Below are positions 1 to 7,412 of a DNA stretch of 25,814 nt, one piece after another. A program made the translations under genes and the position numbers. The notes beneath the pieces were generated by a model that was not told where the DNA came from, did not search any database, and saw nothing but the letters and a program-made list of their open reading frames with translations. The stretch spans positions 1-25,814 of the IMG/VR virus record IMGVR_UViG_3300006868_000092, one strand, 5' to 3'. Source of the stretch: a virus. Its lineage: Duplodnaviria; Caudoviricetes. Within the stretch, counting starts at the first letter, position 1; each line of letters begins with the position of its first letter.

Positions 1-57
1 TCGCAGGGAAACGGGTGTAAGATGTGTGTCAGTGGACATAATGGTTATTGTGCGTCG

Positions 58-80
58 GTGTAAGATACATTTCCTTACAC
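58..80. promoter_or_regulatory. Inverted repeat GTGTAAG-N9-CTTACAC (operator-like)
   Basis: Perfect 7-bp arms at 58-64 and 74-80; GGTGTAAGAT also occurs at 14-23 and 57-66. Confidence 0.35.
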
Positions 81-107
81 TTAAGGCCGGGACAGTTGCG
101 TGTGTGT
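81..107 (+). repeat. 27-bp imperfect direct repeat, copy 1 (TTAAGGCCGGGA-nnn-TTG-nn-TGTGTGT)
   Basis: 22/27 identical to 711-737; first 12 bp identical. Confidence 0.7.
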
Positions 108-249
108 AGTGGTGTGGGCTGCAGGACGTGCACACGCTGGGGAAATGGGCTATAGATAAGCGCAATGGCTCCCTCCCTCTCTTGACACCGCAGTGATTGA
201 CCCCTTAAGTGTAGTTTACTTATTACTAATTGTAGGAACTTTAAGAACT

Positions 250-714
250 ATGTCAGTCTACCAAGAATCCCGAGGAGAGCGCAGGAACAGATTACTATAC
301 CCTAGTCATCGTAGGCCGGAGATCACGATAGCTAATCGCTTCTTGCGTGACTGTTACGAGACTGAGATGAGCAACCTGAGTGACGATCAGGTAGCATTAT
401 TGTTGGCGATGTTGATGCGTTGGCGATTGGATCGTCGTAAGGGCAGGCGACCGAAGGTGTGTTGGCGTATCATCCGCATGCCTATGAATGCTGAGAGTTA
501 CGGTAAGGTTCAGTTGGCGGTGTTGGAGTATTTGTGGTGTGTTCGTATGGACAGTCATGGAGGGGTGCTGGAGCATTTGCGTGAGGTAGGATTTGAGCGG
601 ACTACGAAGAACTCGTTGCGAGACTCTATGCGTAGGTTGGTGAGTGATGGGTTGGTGTTGAAGGGGACATTGGACGAGGTATTGGGAGCTGACTATGAAT
701 ATTTGGATAGTTAA
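250..714 (+). CDS. Hypothetical protein, possible C-terminal winged-helix DNA-binding domain
   Basis: ORF 193..714; ATG at 250 is the more plausible start. C-terminal 'QLAVLEYL...TTKNSLRDSMRRLVSDGLV' resembles a wHTH. Confidence 0.5.
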   Translation: MSVYQESRGERRNRLLYPSHRRPEITIANRFLRDCYETEMSNLSDDQVALLLAMLMRWRLDRRKGRRPKVCWRIIRMPMNAESYGKVQLAVLEYLWCVRMDSHGGVLEHLREVGFERTTKNSLRDSMRRLVSDGLVLKGTLDEVLGADYEYLDS

Positions 715-737
715 GGCCGGGAGGATTGGCTGTGTGT
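711..737 (+). repeat. 27-bp imperfect direct repeat, copy 2
   Basis: Matches 81-107 at 22/27 and overlaps the stop codon of the preceding ORF. Confidence 0.7.
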
Positions 738-1128
738 GTTGTTCTTTGTTGGTTGTGCTGGTCGGTCGACTGTGCTCCTGCTCGGTGCTCGTCTACACCT
801 AATTTCTAATAGTAAATGGGGTGGTTGTCAATATTGTTCGGTAAAGCGTTTACTGGGATGGAGATGCGTTATTATTGCAAGTAATTTGCATTAAGTGTTA
901 TCAACGAGTTATGAAAGTTGGTATGAGGATTTACCTGCCGGAATTGTTAGTTTTTGTTAAAATACCATTTAATCCGGTATTTAATTATTTTGGTATACTG
1001 TATAGGAGAAATGGAAGAATATAAAACTTTCTCAACTTTCTTTGGAAAGAGACTTGATAAGGTTTGAAAGGTATGGCTTAGTGTAAATTCAATTATGATA
1101 AACCGCCACAGCACTGGAGAAAATTAAT

Positions 1129-1308
1129 ATGAAATTATACAGATCAAATGACCAATGGATGAATACTAACACTTGCGACTATGTAGATTATGAATATGAA
1201 GATGAGGTTGGTGTCTACATTGATTGCAAACCTGATCGCTTATTGGACGGATCGGAAAGCTATCGAGTTTATACTCGAGAAGAATTTGAAGCTACTTACA
1301 ACTGGTAA
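1129..1308 (+). CDS. Small acidic hypothetical early protein (59 aa, MKLYRSNDQW...ATYNW); not in ORF track
   Basis: GGAG RBS upstream; stop lies 4 bp before the next ATG (1313). Confidence 0.65.
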   Translation: MKLYRSNDQWMNTNTCDYVDYEYEDEVGVYIDCKPDRLLDGSESYRVYTREEFEATYNW

Positions 1309-1312
1309 AATT

Positions 1313-1525
1313 ATGAGAACGAAAAAAATAAACCACTGCATAAAATTATACCGCTCGGAAGCTGAGCTTTACCTGAAGAAGGAGGAGATGGGTGACCGGG
1401 GAGATGAGAAGGCCCATGAGCGAGCCGAGGATAAGCTTTGGAATTACTGCGAAGGCATGACCGAGGAAGAGTTAGAACATTGCGAAGGCGAAATTGGAGT
1501 AGCTGGCTGCTTAACAGATTGGTAG
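1313..1525 (+). CDS. Small hypothetical early protein (MRTKKINHC...)
   Basis: 3' part of ORF 1190..1525; start moved to 1313 to avoid overlap with 1129..1308. Confidence 0.6.
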   Translation: MRTKKINHCIKLYRSEAELYLKKEEMGDRGDEKAHERAEDKLWNYCEGMTEEELEHCEGEIGVAGCLTDW

Positions 1526-1535
1526 GAGAGACGAG

Positions 1536-1775
1536 ATGACAAAGACAAATGAGAAGGAGGGGATGCTACTTAGCATCCTCGATGAGATGTTGAATAATAT
1601 AGACTGCGGTAAAGCCAGAGTGATTATGCGCGACTACCTGAATAGGGGATGGTGCTTCATGCCATACTTTCGAGAGTTGGTTGAGCGCGATTTGACCTTA
1701 GATAAGAAGCAACAAGGTCAAATAATTTACATGGCCGGGGTATTGCTTGAGAGTAACTACAAGATAAAAGGATAG
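1536..1775 (+). CDS. Hypothetical protein
   Basis: ORF with AGGAG RBS in a tightly packed operon. Confidence 0.7.
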   Translation: MTKTNEKEGMLLSILDEMLNNIDCGKARVIMRDYLNRGWCFMPYFRELVERDLTLDKKQQGQIIYMAGVLLESNYKIKG

Positions 1776-1778
1776 ATT

Positions 1779-2060
1779 ATGAATGAAGAACAAAACACAG
1801 TAGCGAGTCGGACACGAGTATTTGTGGCCGACTTTGGGCCGAGAGTAGCCGACCTATTTGATGGTTGGTGTAGACTGAAGAACTGGTGCGAAGAGAGTGG
1901 GACACCACTTTTCTTAGCGGAAGAGCGAGGAATCACGAAAGCGATCAGGTTCATGATAATAGCCCCCTTGCGAGCCGAAGGGTTGACCGAGATATTGCAA
2001 ACACCTTATGTGCAAGAAGTTAAGGAATGGAGAGATTACAAATGGGAGAGAATCGTATGA
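1779..2060 (+). CDS. Hypothetical protein
   Basis: ORF 3 bp after the previous stop; ATGA overlap with the next gene. Confidence 0.7.
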   Translation: MNEEQNTVASRTRVFVADFGPRVADLFDGWCRLKNWCEESGTPLFLAEERGITKAIRFMIIAPLRAEGLTEILQTPYVQEVKEWRDYKWERIV

Positions 2061-2254
2061 ATGAAGAGATACAATACAAGTGGGAGAAGCGTAGCCGTAG
2101 GGTTACGTTTCAGGTGAGGGAGAGTGATTTCCTGAAGTGGAAAGCTGAAGCGCAGCGAGTTGGTGTTAGCACGACGAGGTGGGCCGAGGTTACATTAAAC
2201 GACAAGGTGAGAAGAAACAAGCAACGGAGGAAGAATAATGTGGAGCTTGATTAG
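2057..2254 (+). CDS. Ribbon-helix-helix-like DNA-binding protein
   Basis: ATG at 2057 (ATGA overlap); 'RRVTFQVRESDFLKWKAEAQRVGVSTTRWAEVTL' has the beta-strand + helix-G-helix RHH pattern. Confidence 0.6.
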   Translation: MNEEIQYKWEKRSRRVTFQVRESDFLKWKAEAQRVGVSTTRWAEVTLNDKVRRNKQRRKNNVELD

Positions 2255-2372
2255 GCAGATGATACGTTGGAACGAGCGCAGCATAGTTTGGCTGACTCGG
2301 ATGATAAGCATGGGTGCGTTGGTAGCATTCATTGGGGCTAGCTACGGGTTAATATTTTATTTAGGATTATAA
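2238..2372 (+). CDS. Small membrane protein (44 aa); not in ORF track
   Basis: GGAGG RBS; C-terminal hydrophobic segment MGALVAFIGASYGLIFYLGL; TAATG overlap with the next gene. Confidence 0.6.
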   Translation: MWSLIRQMIRWNERSIVWLTRMISMGALVAFIGASYGLIFYLGL

Positions 2373-2518
2373 TGGACGAAGATCAGATACAAACTAGGGT
2401 GCGAGGAACGCAGGAGGATGAATACGACATTTATCTGAATTGCGAGGATGACGGTGATGGTTACAGTAGAATCACCGGGGAGCGATTACTAACCTTTGAT
2501 GAATGGCTAAATACATAA
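2372..2518 (+). CDS. Small acidic phage protein (48 aa, ...EYDIYLNC...ITGERLLTFDEWLNT); not in ORF track
   Basis: Coupled start; the TFDEWL ending resembles small phage proteins. Confidence 0.65.
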   Translation: MDEDQIQTRVRGTQEDEYDIYLNCEDDGDGYSRITGERLLTFDEWLNT

Positions 2519-2520
2519 AG

Positions 2521-2757
2521 ATGAACAAGTTACAACAAGATGAGAAATTCCTGCGTAGAACAGGATGGAGATATTACCGAGAAACCTGCGTTTGGAAACG
2601 AGCGCAGGATGATGGTAGGATAGCGGTATTGACGAGATACTGGGATGATGAATTGAATAGTGATGCATGGTATAAGGCCTACATCACACCGAAGCACACA
2701 CAGTTTGAATTTTACAATGTAGTAGGAGAGTTAGGGGAATATCATGAAGCAGCGTAA
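2521..2757 (+). CDS. Hypothetical protein
   Basis: ORF 2503..2757; probable start ATG 2521, just after the previous stop. Confidence 0.65.
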   Translation: MNKLQQDEKFLRRTGWRYYRETCVWKRAQDDGRIAVLTRYWDDELNSDAWYKAYITPKHTQFEFYNVVGELGEYHEAA

Positions 2758-2896
2758 GTGGAAAATGACGATAATATATTACGGAGGTAATGAGCTAGTG
2801 GAACATATCACAGCGAGCCGGGTCGATGCGGAGGAAGCTGCAAACGATTGGATGCTGGTAAAGAATGTGTTTGGAGTGAAGCTGGAGGAGAAATGA
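2744..2896 (+). CDS. Small hypothetical protein (50 aa, MKQRKWKMTII...); not in ORF track
   Basis: AGGGG RBS; ATGA overlap with the hydrolase start. Confidence 0.6.
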   Translation: MKQRKWKMTIIYYGGNELVEHITASRVDAEEAANDWMLVKNVFGVKLEEK

Positions 2897-3264
2897 AGAG
2901 CTTGTTACTACTGGCCAGCGTAATAATGGCTGAGAGCAAGGGAGAAGGAGAGTTTGGGATGGCGTTGGTAGCAGACGTCATCCATGAGCGTAGCATAAGG
3001 CAGGGAATAAGCCCCGAGGAAGTGGTTAGAAAGCCTTATCAGTTTGATGGTTTAAACTATGCTCACAAGCAGAACTTAAGGACACCTGAAGGGAAGCGAG
3101 CGATTTACTTGGCGAGTATGTTAGAAGCTGGAATAGATCCGATGCCTAGTTTCAACTATACTCACTTCCGTAGCAGCGCACCACCGAGTTGGGCCACAAA
3201 CATAATCAAATACAATAATCATTATTTTCATCACGAGAGAGGGAAAGAGAAAAGGCCGAGTTGA
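2893..3264 (+). CDS. Cell wall hydrolase, SleB/Hydrolase_2-like lytic transglycosylase
   Basis: LA.VI.AES.GE...GM..VA.VI..R, V..PYQF, THF, PSWA and NHYF motifs; GGAGGAG RBS before ATG 2893. Confidence 0.85.
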   Translation: MKSLLLLASVIMAESKGEGEFGMALVADVIHERSIRQGISPEEVVRKPYQFDGLNYAHKQNLRTPEGKRAIYLASMLEAGIDPMPSFNYTHFRSSAPPSWATNIIKYNNHYFHHERGKEKRPS

Positions 3265-3280
3265 TACCCGGCCTTTTTTT
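3250..3280. terminator. Bidirectional rho-independent terminator
   Basis: AAAAGGCCG-loop-CGGCCTTTTTTT between convergent genes. Confidence 0.8.
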
Positions 3281-3304
3281 AAGTTATTCTATTGGAGTAA
3301 CTTA

Positions 3305-3619
3305 TCAGAATGGCACATCATCGTCGATTTCAGTGACGGCTTCAGGATTATTGCTTGGAGCCGTTTCTTGTTTAGGTTGTTGTCGTTCAGGTGTGGACCA
3401 TACGACCTTGCCATTGCCAAGGATGGTTCCTTTAATATCGTTGTCTCGTTCTTCTTTGGTGGTGGATTCGGATATCATGGCATGGTTTCCGTATTGATCT
3501 TCCTCGTCACTAAGTGAAACGGTGAAGTTGTAGTATTTCTTACCATTTTGGTGTGGTTTGATTTTAGCTTTATTGATTGCGCTTACGTCAATCGAGCATG
3601 CGATTAGTTTTTTACCCAT
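3305..3619 (-). CDS. Single-stranded DNA-binding protein-like
   Basis: Short beta-rich body (IDVSAI, GKKYYNFTV, DQYGN, ILGNGK) with acidic DDDVPF tail; lies downstream of the primase-helicase. Confidence 0.7.
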   Translation of the reverse strand: MGKKLIACSIDVSAINKAKIKPHQNGKKYYNFTVSLSDEEDQYGNHAMISESTTKEERDNDIKGTILGNGKVVWSTPERQQPKQETAPSNNPEAVTEIDDDVPF

Positions 3620-3762
3620 TAGTATTTTCTCGTTGTTAGTGCTCTGCGGATTCCACCGAGAGCTAGTTTTGTTCTATTCTTGTCCAGTTTCCCGGTTAAA
3701 ATTGATCTACAGACGAATACAAGCCAGAGGTAGATGTGCTTGAATCTGTCGGCATGGCTCAT
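3619..3762 (-). CDS. Small hypothetical protein (47 aa, MSHADRFKH...); not in ORF track
   Basis: TAATG coupling at both ends. Confidence 0.5.
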   Translation of the reverse strand: MSHADRFKHIYLWLVFVCRSILTGKLDKNRTKLALGGIRRALTTRKY

Positions 3763-3863
3763 TAGATACCTTTCTTACGTCTTTCGTATTCAAGCTCTTG
3801 CAGAAGTCTCCAGTATAACTTACCGACCCACTTCTCTAGTATTTCTAATATTTTTAATCTCAT
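3762..3863 (-). CDS. Small hypothetical protein (33 aa, MRLKILEILEKW...); not in ORF track
   Basis: ATGA overlap with the primase-helicase stop; fills the gap exactly. Confidence 0.5.
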   Translation of the reverse strand: MRLKILEILEKWVGKLYWRLLQELEYERRKKGI

Positions 3864-5605
3864 ACTTCCTCCAATATGCTGTGTTTACTGTTATATTTGC
3901 ATTTCACGAAATTCTCAATACCATTCTCTCTTTGTTTCCAGCATTTGATGATGGAGTCTGACTCACCTTCCTTACGTTCTTCTGGTGTCTTTTTGTTTCG
4001 GAATACGGTAATACCATTGAATGCTATGTCTGTAATGGCTACACCACCCCTTACGTCGAACTTAGTCGGCATTTTGGATTCATCTTTGGTGTCATTTTTT
4101 CCTGAGTGAGCGACAAGGTGTAAATGTGATTGGTGTATATCTACGAAATCTCGTAGTCGTTGGACAAAATCCTTCTGTTCATCGATATCTTTTTCTGACA
4201 CACCGCATAGGCATAGGGAGTCGATCACAAAGACTCTGACGTTATAGCGTTTTCTTGCGTAGATGAAAGCTTCGATCATTTCGTTTTTATCTGCGACCCC
4301 GGTATTGTCATAGAACCATAGTTTGTTATGCAGAAACGATACTGTTTTCTCGATTGACTGTTGATTTACTTGCCCGGTGATTTGTTTGGCCATGAGGTTT
4401 ATTGCTTTGGGGACTGCTACCTCCATAGAAGCTATCATTGCTTTTTTGTCGTTACGGATCTCGTTAATGATCCACTGTGACAAAACCATAGTCTTTCCAT
4501 GCGATGACCACCCGGTCCAGATGGTGAGTTCTCCTTCTCGTTGTTTAAATTCTAATTTGGGGAACGGTGACTCTGTTCCTTGGTATCTGAGTGGGTCGGC
4601 AAGCCTTACGCATTCATCCTCATAAAACCCAACATCTCTAAGTTTTTCCGGTATAATGACTTTTGCATTTAACAATATTCTCTCGAGTTCATCCTTATCA
4701 CAACCATTCATCCAACAGTCGTTCAGATCCTTTTCCGGTAGCTCTACAATTTTGCATTTGTCTATGCCTAGTCGCTTAATGGCATCGTCAGTAGCATCTT
4801 GACCTACTTGATCCATATCGAAGCACAGGTAGATATCATCGAACTGCATAAGGAAGTCGTAATCGTTCTCGATCCATGAGTTACTTGGTCCACCTTGGGG
4901 AATGGTAAGAGCGTTCCATCCAATTCCTAGAGCAGTGAGCCAATCTTCTTCACCTTCGGTAATCACGATATATTTTGACTCTGGGTCCAGACACTGTTTT
5001 CCGATTAAGCATTGCTTCCCGGTAATTCCTGAGTCCTGAAAAACCTTTTTCTTACCCTTTTCGTTTCGTTCACGAGCTTGATACTTTCGATAAAGAACCT
5101 TTTTCCCATCTTCATCGTAAACCGGATAGCATAATTTCCCGCACTCAGTTTCTTCCAATTTGGCTTTTGAAATTGTATCGGCAGAAATACCTCTTTCTTT
5201 GAAATAATCATACCACCATTCAAGATATGGGAGTTGTTTGGTTTTGTATTGCTGCTTTACAGCCACAGAGGTAGGGGTAGAAACGGTTTTTATAGGCCTA
5301 CCCTTATCGTTACCCCACTCGACACCTAAAAGGCTTCCTATGTCCTTACACGCACCTTTGAAATCGGTATTGCATTTTTCCATCCAAAGTTTGATTAGGT
5401 CACCCTTATCGGATTCATTGGCGAAATCCTTATACATCCCGGCATTTGTTCCTTGGATTGCGATTTTAAAACTCTTTCCGGGGCTTCCGGATATGTCACC
5501 GACACACCAGTTGTTTCCTTCTTGTTTCCCGTTTGGGAATAGAGCCACAGCAATTATCTCGGCTCTAGCTTTCGTTAGTTCTTTCAGTTGATCTGTGTTT
5601 GTCAT
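3860..5605 (-). CDS. DNA primase-helicase (T7 gp4/Twinkle-like: TOPRIM + DnaB-type SF4 helicase)
   Basis: TOPRIM ITEGEED, CFDMD and KDLND; Walker A GWSSHGKT; ASME; Walker B FVIDSL; LHLVAH; DVRG; KQR. Confidence 0.93.
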   Translation of the reverse strand: MTNTDQLKELTKARAEIIAVALFPNGKQEGNNWCVGDISGSPGKSFKIAIQGTNAGMYKDFANESDKGDLIKLWMEKCNTDFKGACKDIGSLLGVEWGNDKGRPIKTVSTPTSVAVKQQYKTKQLPYLEWWYDYFKERGISADTISKAKLEETECGKLCYPVYDEDGKKVLYRKYQARERNEKGKKKVFQDSGITGKQCLIGKQCLDPESKYIVITEGEEDWLTALGIGWNALTIPQGGPSNSWIENDYDFLMQFDDIYLCFDMDQVGQDATDDAIKRLGIDKCKIVELPEKDLNDCWMNGCDKDELERILLNAKVIIPEKLRDVGFYEDECVRLADPLRYQGTESPFPKLEFKQREGELTIWTGWSSHGKTMVLSQWIINEIRNDKKAMIASMEVAVPKAINLMAKQITGQVNQQSIEKTVSFLHNKLWFYDNTGVADKNEMIEAFIYARKRYNVRVFVIDSLCLCGVSEKDIDEQKDFVQRLRDFVDIHQSHLHLVAHSGKNDTKDESKMPTKFDVRGGVAITDIAFNGITVFRNKKTPEERKEGESDSIIKCWKQRENGIENFVKCKYNSKHSILEEV

Positions 5606-5759
5606 TTAATTTTTGTTGGTATCTTTCTCTAAATCGTATTTGTATTTCCTCTTCCGTAATTACGTGAGATCCGAAAGCCATAGTATCCATAAATCTTTCG
5701 TTTCCGATCTCAATTGTGATTTCCTTTAATGCTTCCTTGTATGCTTCTTCTTCGGTCAA
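5565..5759 (-). CDS. Hypothetical protein
   Basis: ATGA-coupled to the initiator gene; overlaps the primase start. Confidence 0.6.
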   Translation of the reverse strand: MTEEEAYKEALKEITIEIGNERFMDTMAFGSHVITEEEIQIRFRERYQQKLNDKHRSTERTNES

Positions 5760-6439
5760 AATGTAATCTCCCCATTCTTTTGTGATTTGAAATCTCTGGC
5801 ACGATCAAGTTCACCAGTCCAATTATTCAAAAGTGTCTGCACATCTTTTCGTTTATATTCACAGTCCGATGTGTAGTAGCTTTCCATCTCATCTATGGTT
5901 TCCTGAATTAGATCCTTATTATCATTATATTTATCAAACTCGTTTTTACTCCATTTTGTTTCGGGTTTTCTATTGAACCAAGATCCTATAGTAATCATAT
6001 AATTATCCATTACCATTACCTTACCTTTACCTTTACCTTTACCTTTACCTGTGCCCCTAAATAGGGGCTGATTAGACCCTAAATTATCAATTAACCCTGC
6101 ATAATCTTTATGTTTAGAATTTATGAGAGAAATTATTTGTTTGTGAGCATTGTTATCTGGATTAAGTTTGCCATTTTTTTGATGCCTAAGAAAATTCTTA
6201 ACCCATAATTTCCCTTCTTTACTAGACCCTATATAGCCCCTGTTTAGCCCCTCAATAGCCCCTAAATACTTTTCCTCATCTATGCCTAATTCAAAACAAG
6301 CTTTCCTCATTGGCATTTCATAAAAACCAGCATTATCGCATTTGTCTAAGATATAAAACCATACAAGCTTTTCGCAGGGTTTTAATTCAAAGAACCATTC
6401 ATCGTCCCATTTGTCGGTGTTAGTGAATCTATAACTCAT
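5756..6439 (-). CDS. Phage replication initiator (replisome organizer / lambda O-like)
   Basis: N-terminal RFT.TDKW.D.WF..L....KL.W.Y..D.CD.AG winged helix; GKGKGKGK low-complexity linker; internal iterons; probable ATG at 6439. Confidence 0.8.
   Translation of the reverse strand: MSYRFTNTDKWDDEWFFELKPCEKLVWFYILDKCDNAGFYEMPMRKACFELGIDEEKYLGAIEGLNRGYIGSSKEGKLWVKNFLRHQKNGKLNPDNNAHKQIISLINSKHKDYAGLIDNLGSNQPLFRGTGKGKGKGKGKVMVMDNYMITIGSWFNRKPETKWSKNEFDKYNDNKDLIQETIDEMESYYTSDCEYKRKDVQTLLNNWTGELDRARDFKSQKNGEITF
6010..6050 (+). repeat. Tandem hexamer (TTTACC)n encoding the GKGK linker
   Basis: cattaccattaccttacctttacctttacctttacctttacct. Confidence 0.8.
6053..6268. repeat. Putative replication origin iterons TAG(A/C)CCCT
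   Basis: Four copies at 6223, 6234, 6245 and 6256 (11-bp period); further copies at 6053-6084, including an inverted TAGGGGC. Confidence 0.7.
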
Positions 6440-6582
6440 AATTAATTCAATCAATGAATACTATTTTCCTTTTGTCGAGTAATTTCTTATTTTATTTTAA
6501 CACTTATGTAATATTGAAATAATATTGAAATAAATTTAATTTAATTTGACTATGGCCTTAATATGATTTTGTTTAGGTGCGT
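6440..6582. promoter_or_regulatory. AT-rich divergent control region with tandem TAATATTGAAA x2 (6509-6530)
   Basis: Lies between divergent operons; perfect 11-bp tandem repeat; TTGAAA and TTGACT -35-like hexamers. Confidence 0.6.
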
Positions 6583-6744
6583 ATGAAAAAAACAACAGCA
6601 ACAGTTTATCTGCCAGTGCAGCTAAAAGAAAAGGCACAAGAGTTTGCAAAGAAAAACTTTATAAGCCTGAACGGTCTAGTAAGCAAAGCACTAACAGAAT
6701 ATATTAATAACAATGAGCGACCAAGAAACACAACTGACTCCTGA
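6583..6744 (+). CDS. Arc/CopG-like ribbon-helix-helix regulator (53 aa); not in ORF track
   Basis: MKKTTATVYLPVQLKEKAQEFAKKNFISLNGLVSKALTEYI is a typical RHH pattern; AGGTG RBS. Confidence 0.8.
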   Translation: MKKTTATVYLPVQLKEKAQEFAKKNFISLNGLVSKALTEYINNNERPRNTTDS

Positions 6745-7411
6745 ACCAATCCAAGAAGTAGACTTGCAACAGTCTGTTTCAGGATTCGCATCGGCCCAAG
6801 GATTTGAGCTTATGCAGCGACAAGCTAAATGCCTGAGTGCATCTACGCTAGTTCCTAAACAATTCCAAGGTAACCTTCCTGACTGCATTATTGCGCTCGA
6901 GATGGCACAACGACTTGGAGCTTCACCATTTGCGGTAATGCAACAACTCTATATTGTGCATGGGAAACCAAGCTGGAGTTCACAATTCATTATTTCAGCT
7001 GTCAATGCATCGGGTAAATTTACACCTCTGCAATTCCGGATGGAAGGTGAAGGAGAAACCAGATCCTGCGTAGCTCACTGTATAGATAAGCTTACCGGGG
7101 AAAGACTAGAAAGCCCGGAGGTTTCCATTAAAATGGCTAAAGCCGAAGGATGGTCAACCAAGTCCGGATCAAAATGGAAAACGATGCCTGACTTAATGTT
7201 GCGTTATCGCGCAGCAACATTCTTCGGAAGATTGTATGCTCCAGAGATTCTACTCGGCATGCAAAGCAAGGAAGAAATTATAGATGTAGATACCGGGAAA
7301 ACCTCAATGAAGGTTGCATCTCCTGCAGCTGAATCATTCATGGGAATTGAACCAGAGAAAAAACCAGAACCAGAAACAACAGAAGATAAAGAAGAAGATT
7401 GGACAGAATAA
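6713..7411 (+). CDS. RecT/Red-beta-like single-strand annealing protein
   Basis: S.LVP..FQGN..DC.IALEMA.RLG.SP..VMQ.LY.VHGKP.WSS; AKAEGW....SKW.TMP..ML.YRAA.FF.R.YAPE...GM. Confidence 0.85.
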   Translation: MSDQETQLTPEPIQEVDLQQSVSGFASAQGFELMQRQAKCLSASTLVPKQFQGNLPDCIIALEMAQRLGASPFAVMQQLYIVHGKPSWSSQFIISAVNASGKFTPLQFRMEGEGETRSCVAHCIDKLTGERLESPEVSIKMAKAEGWSTKSGSKWKTMPDLMLRYRAATFFGRLYAPEILLGMQSKEEIIDVDTGKTSMKVASPAAESFMGIEPEKKPEPETTEDKEEDWTE

Positions 7412-7412
7412 G

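Noticed and set aside
182-226. Sigma70 promoter from TTGACA (182-187) or TTGACC (197-202)
   Set aside because: The -10 hexamers at 17-18 bp spacing are poor; not supported well enough to list as a feature.
1129-1356. KLYRS peptide shared by two adjacent small ORFs, and MNEE starts at 1779 and 2057
   Set aside because: Matches are too short to distinguish from chance.
1420-3260. Recurrent GCCGA and GAGCGCAG words in the early region
   Set aside because: No consistent spacing or position; cannot be separated from the G-rich codon bias by eye.
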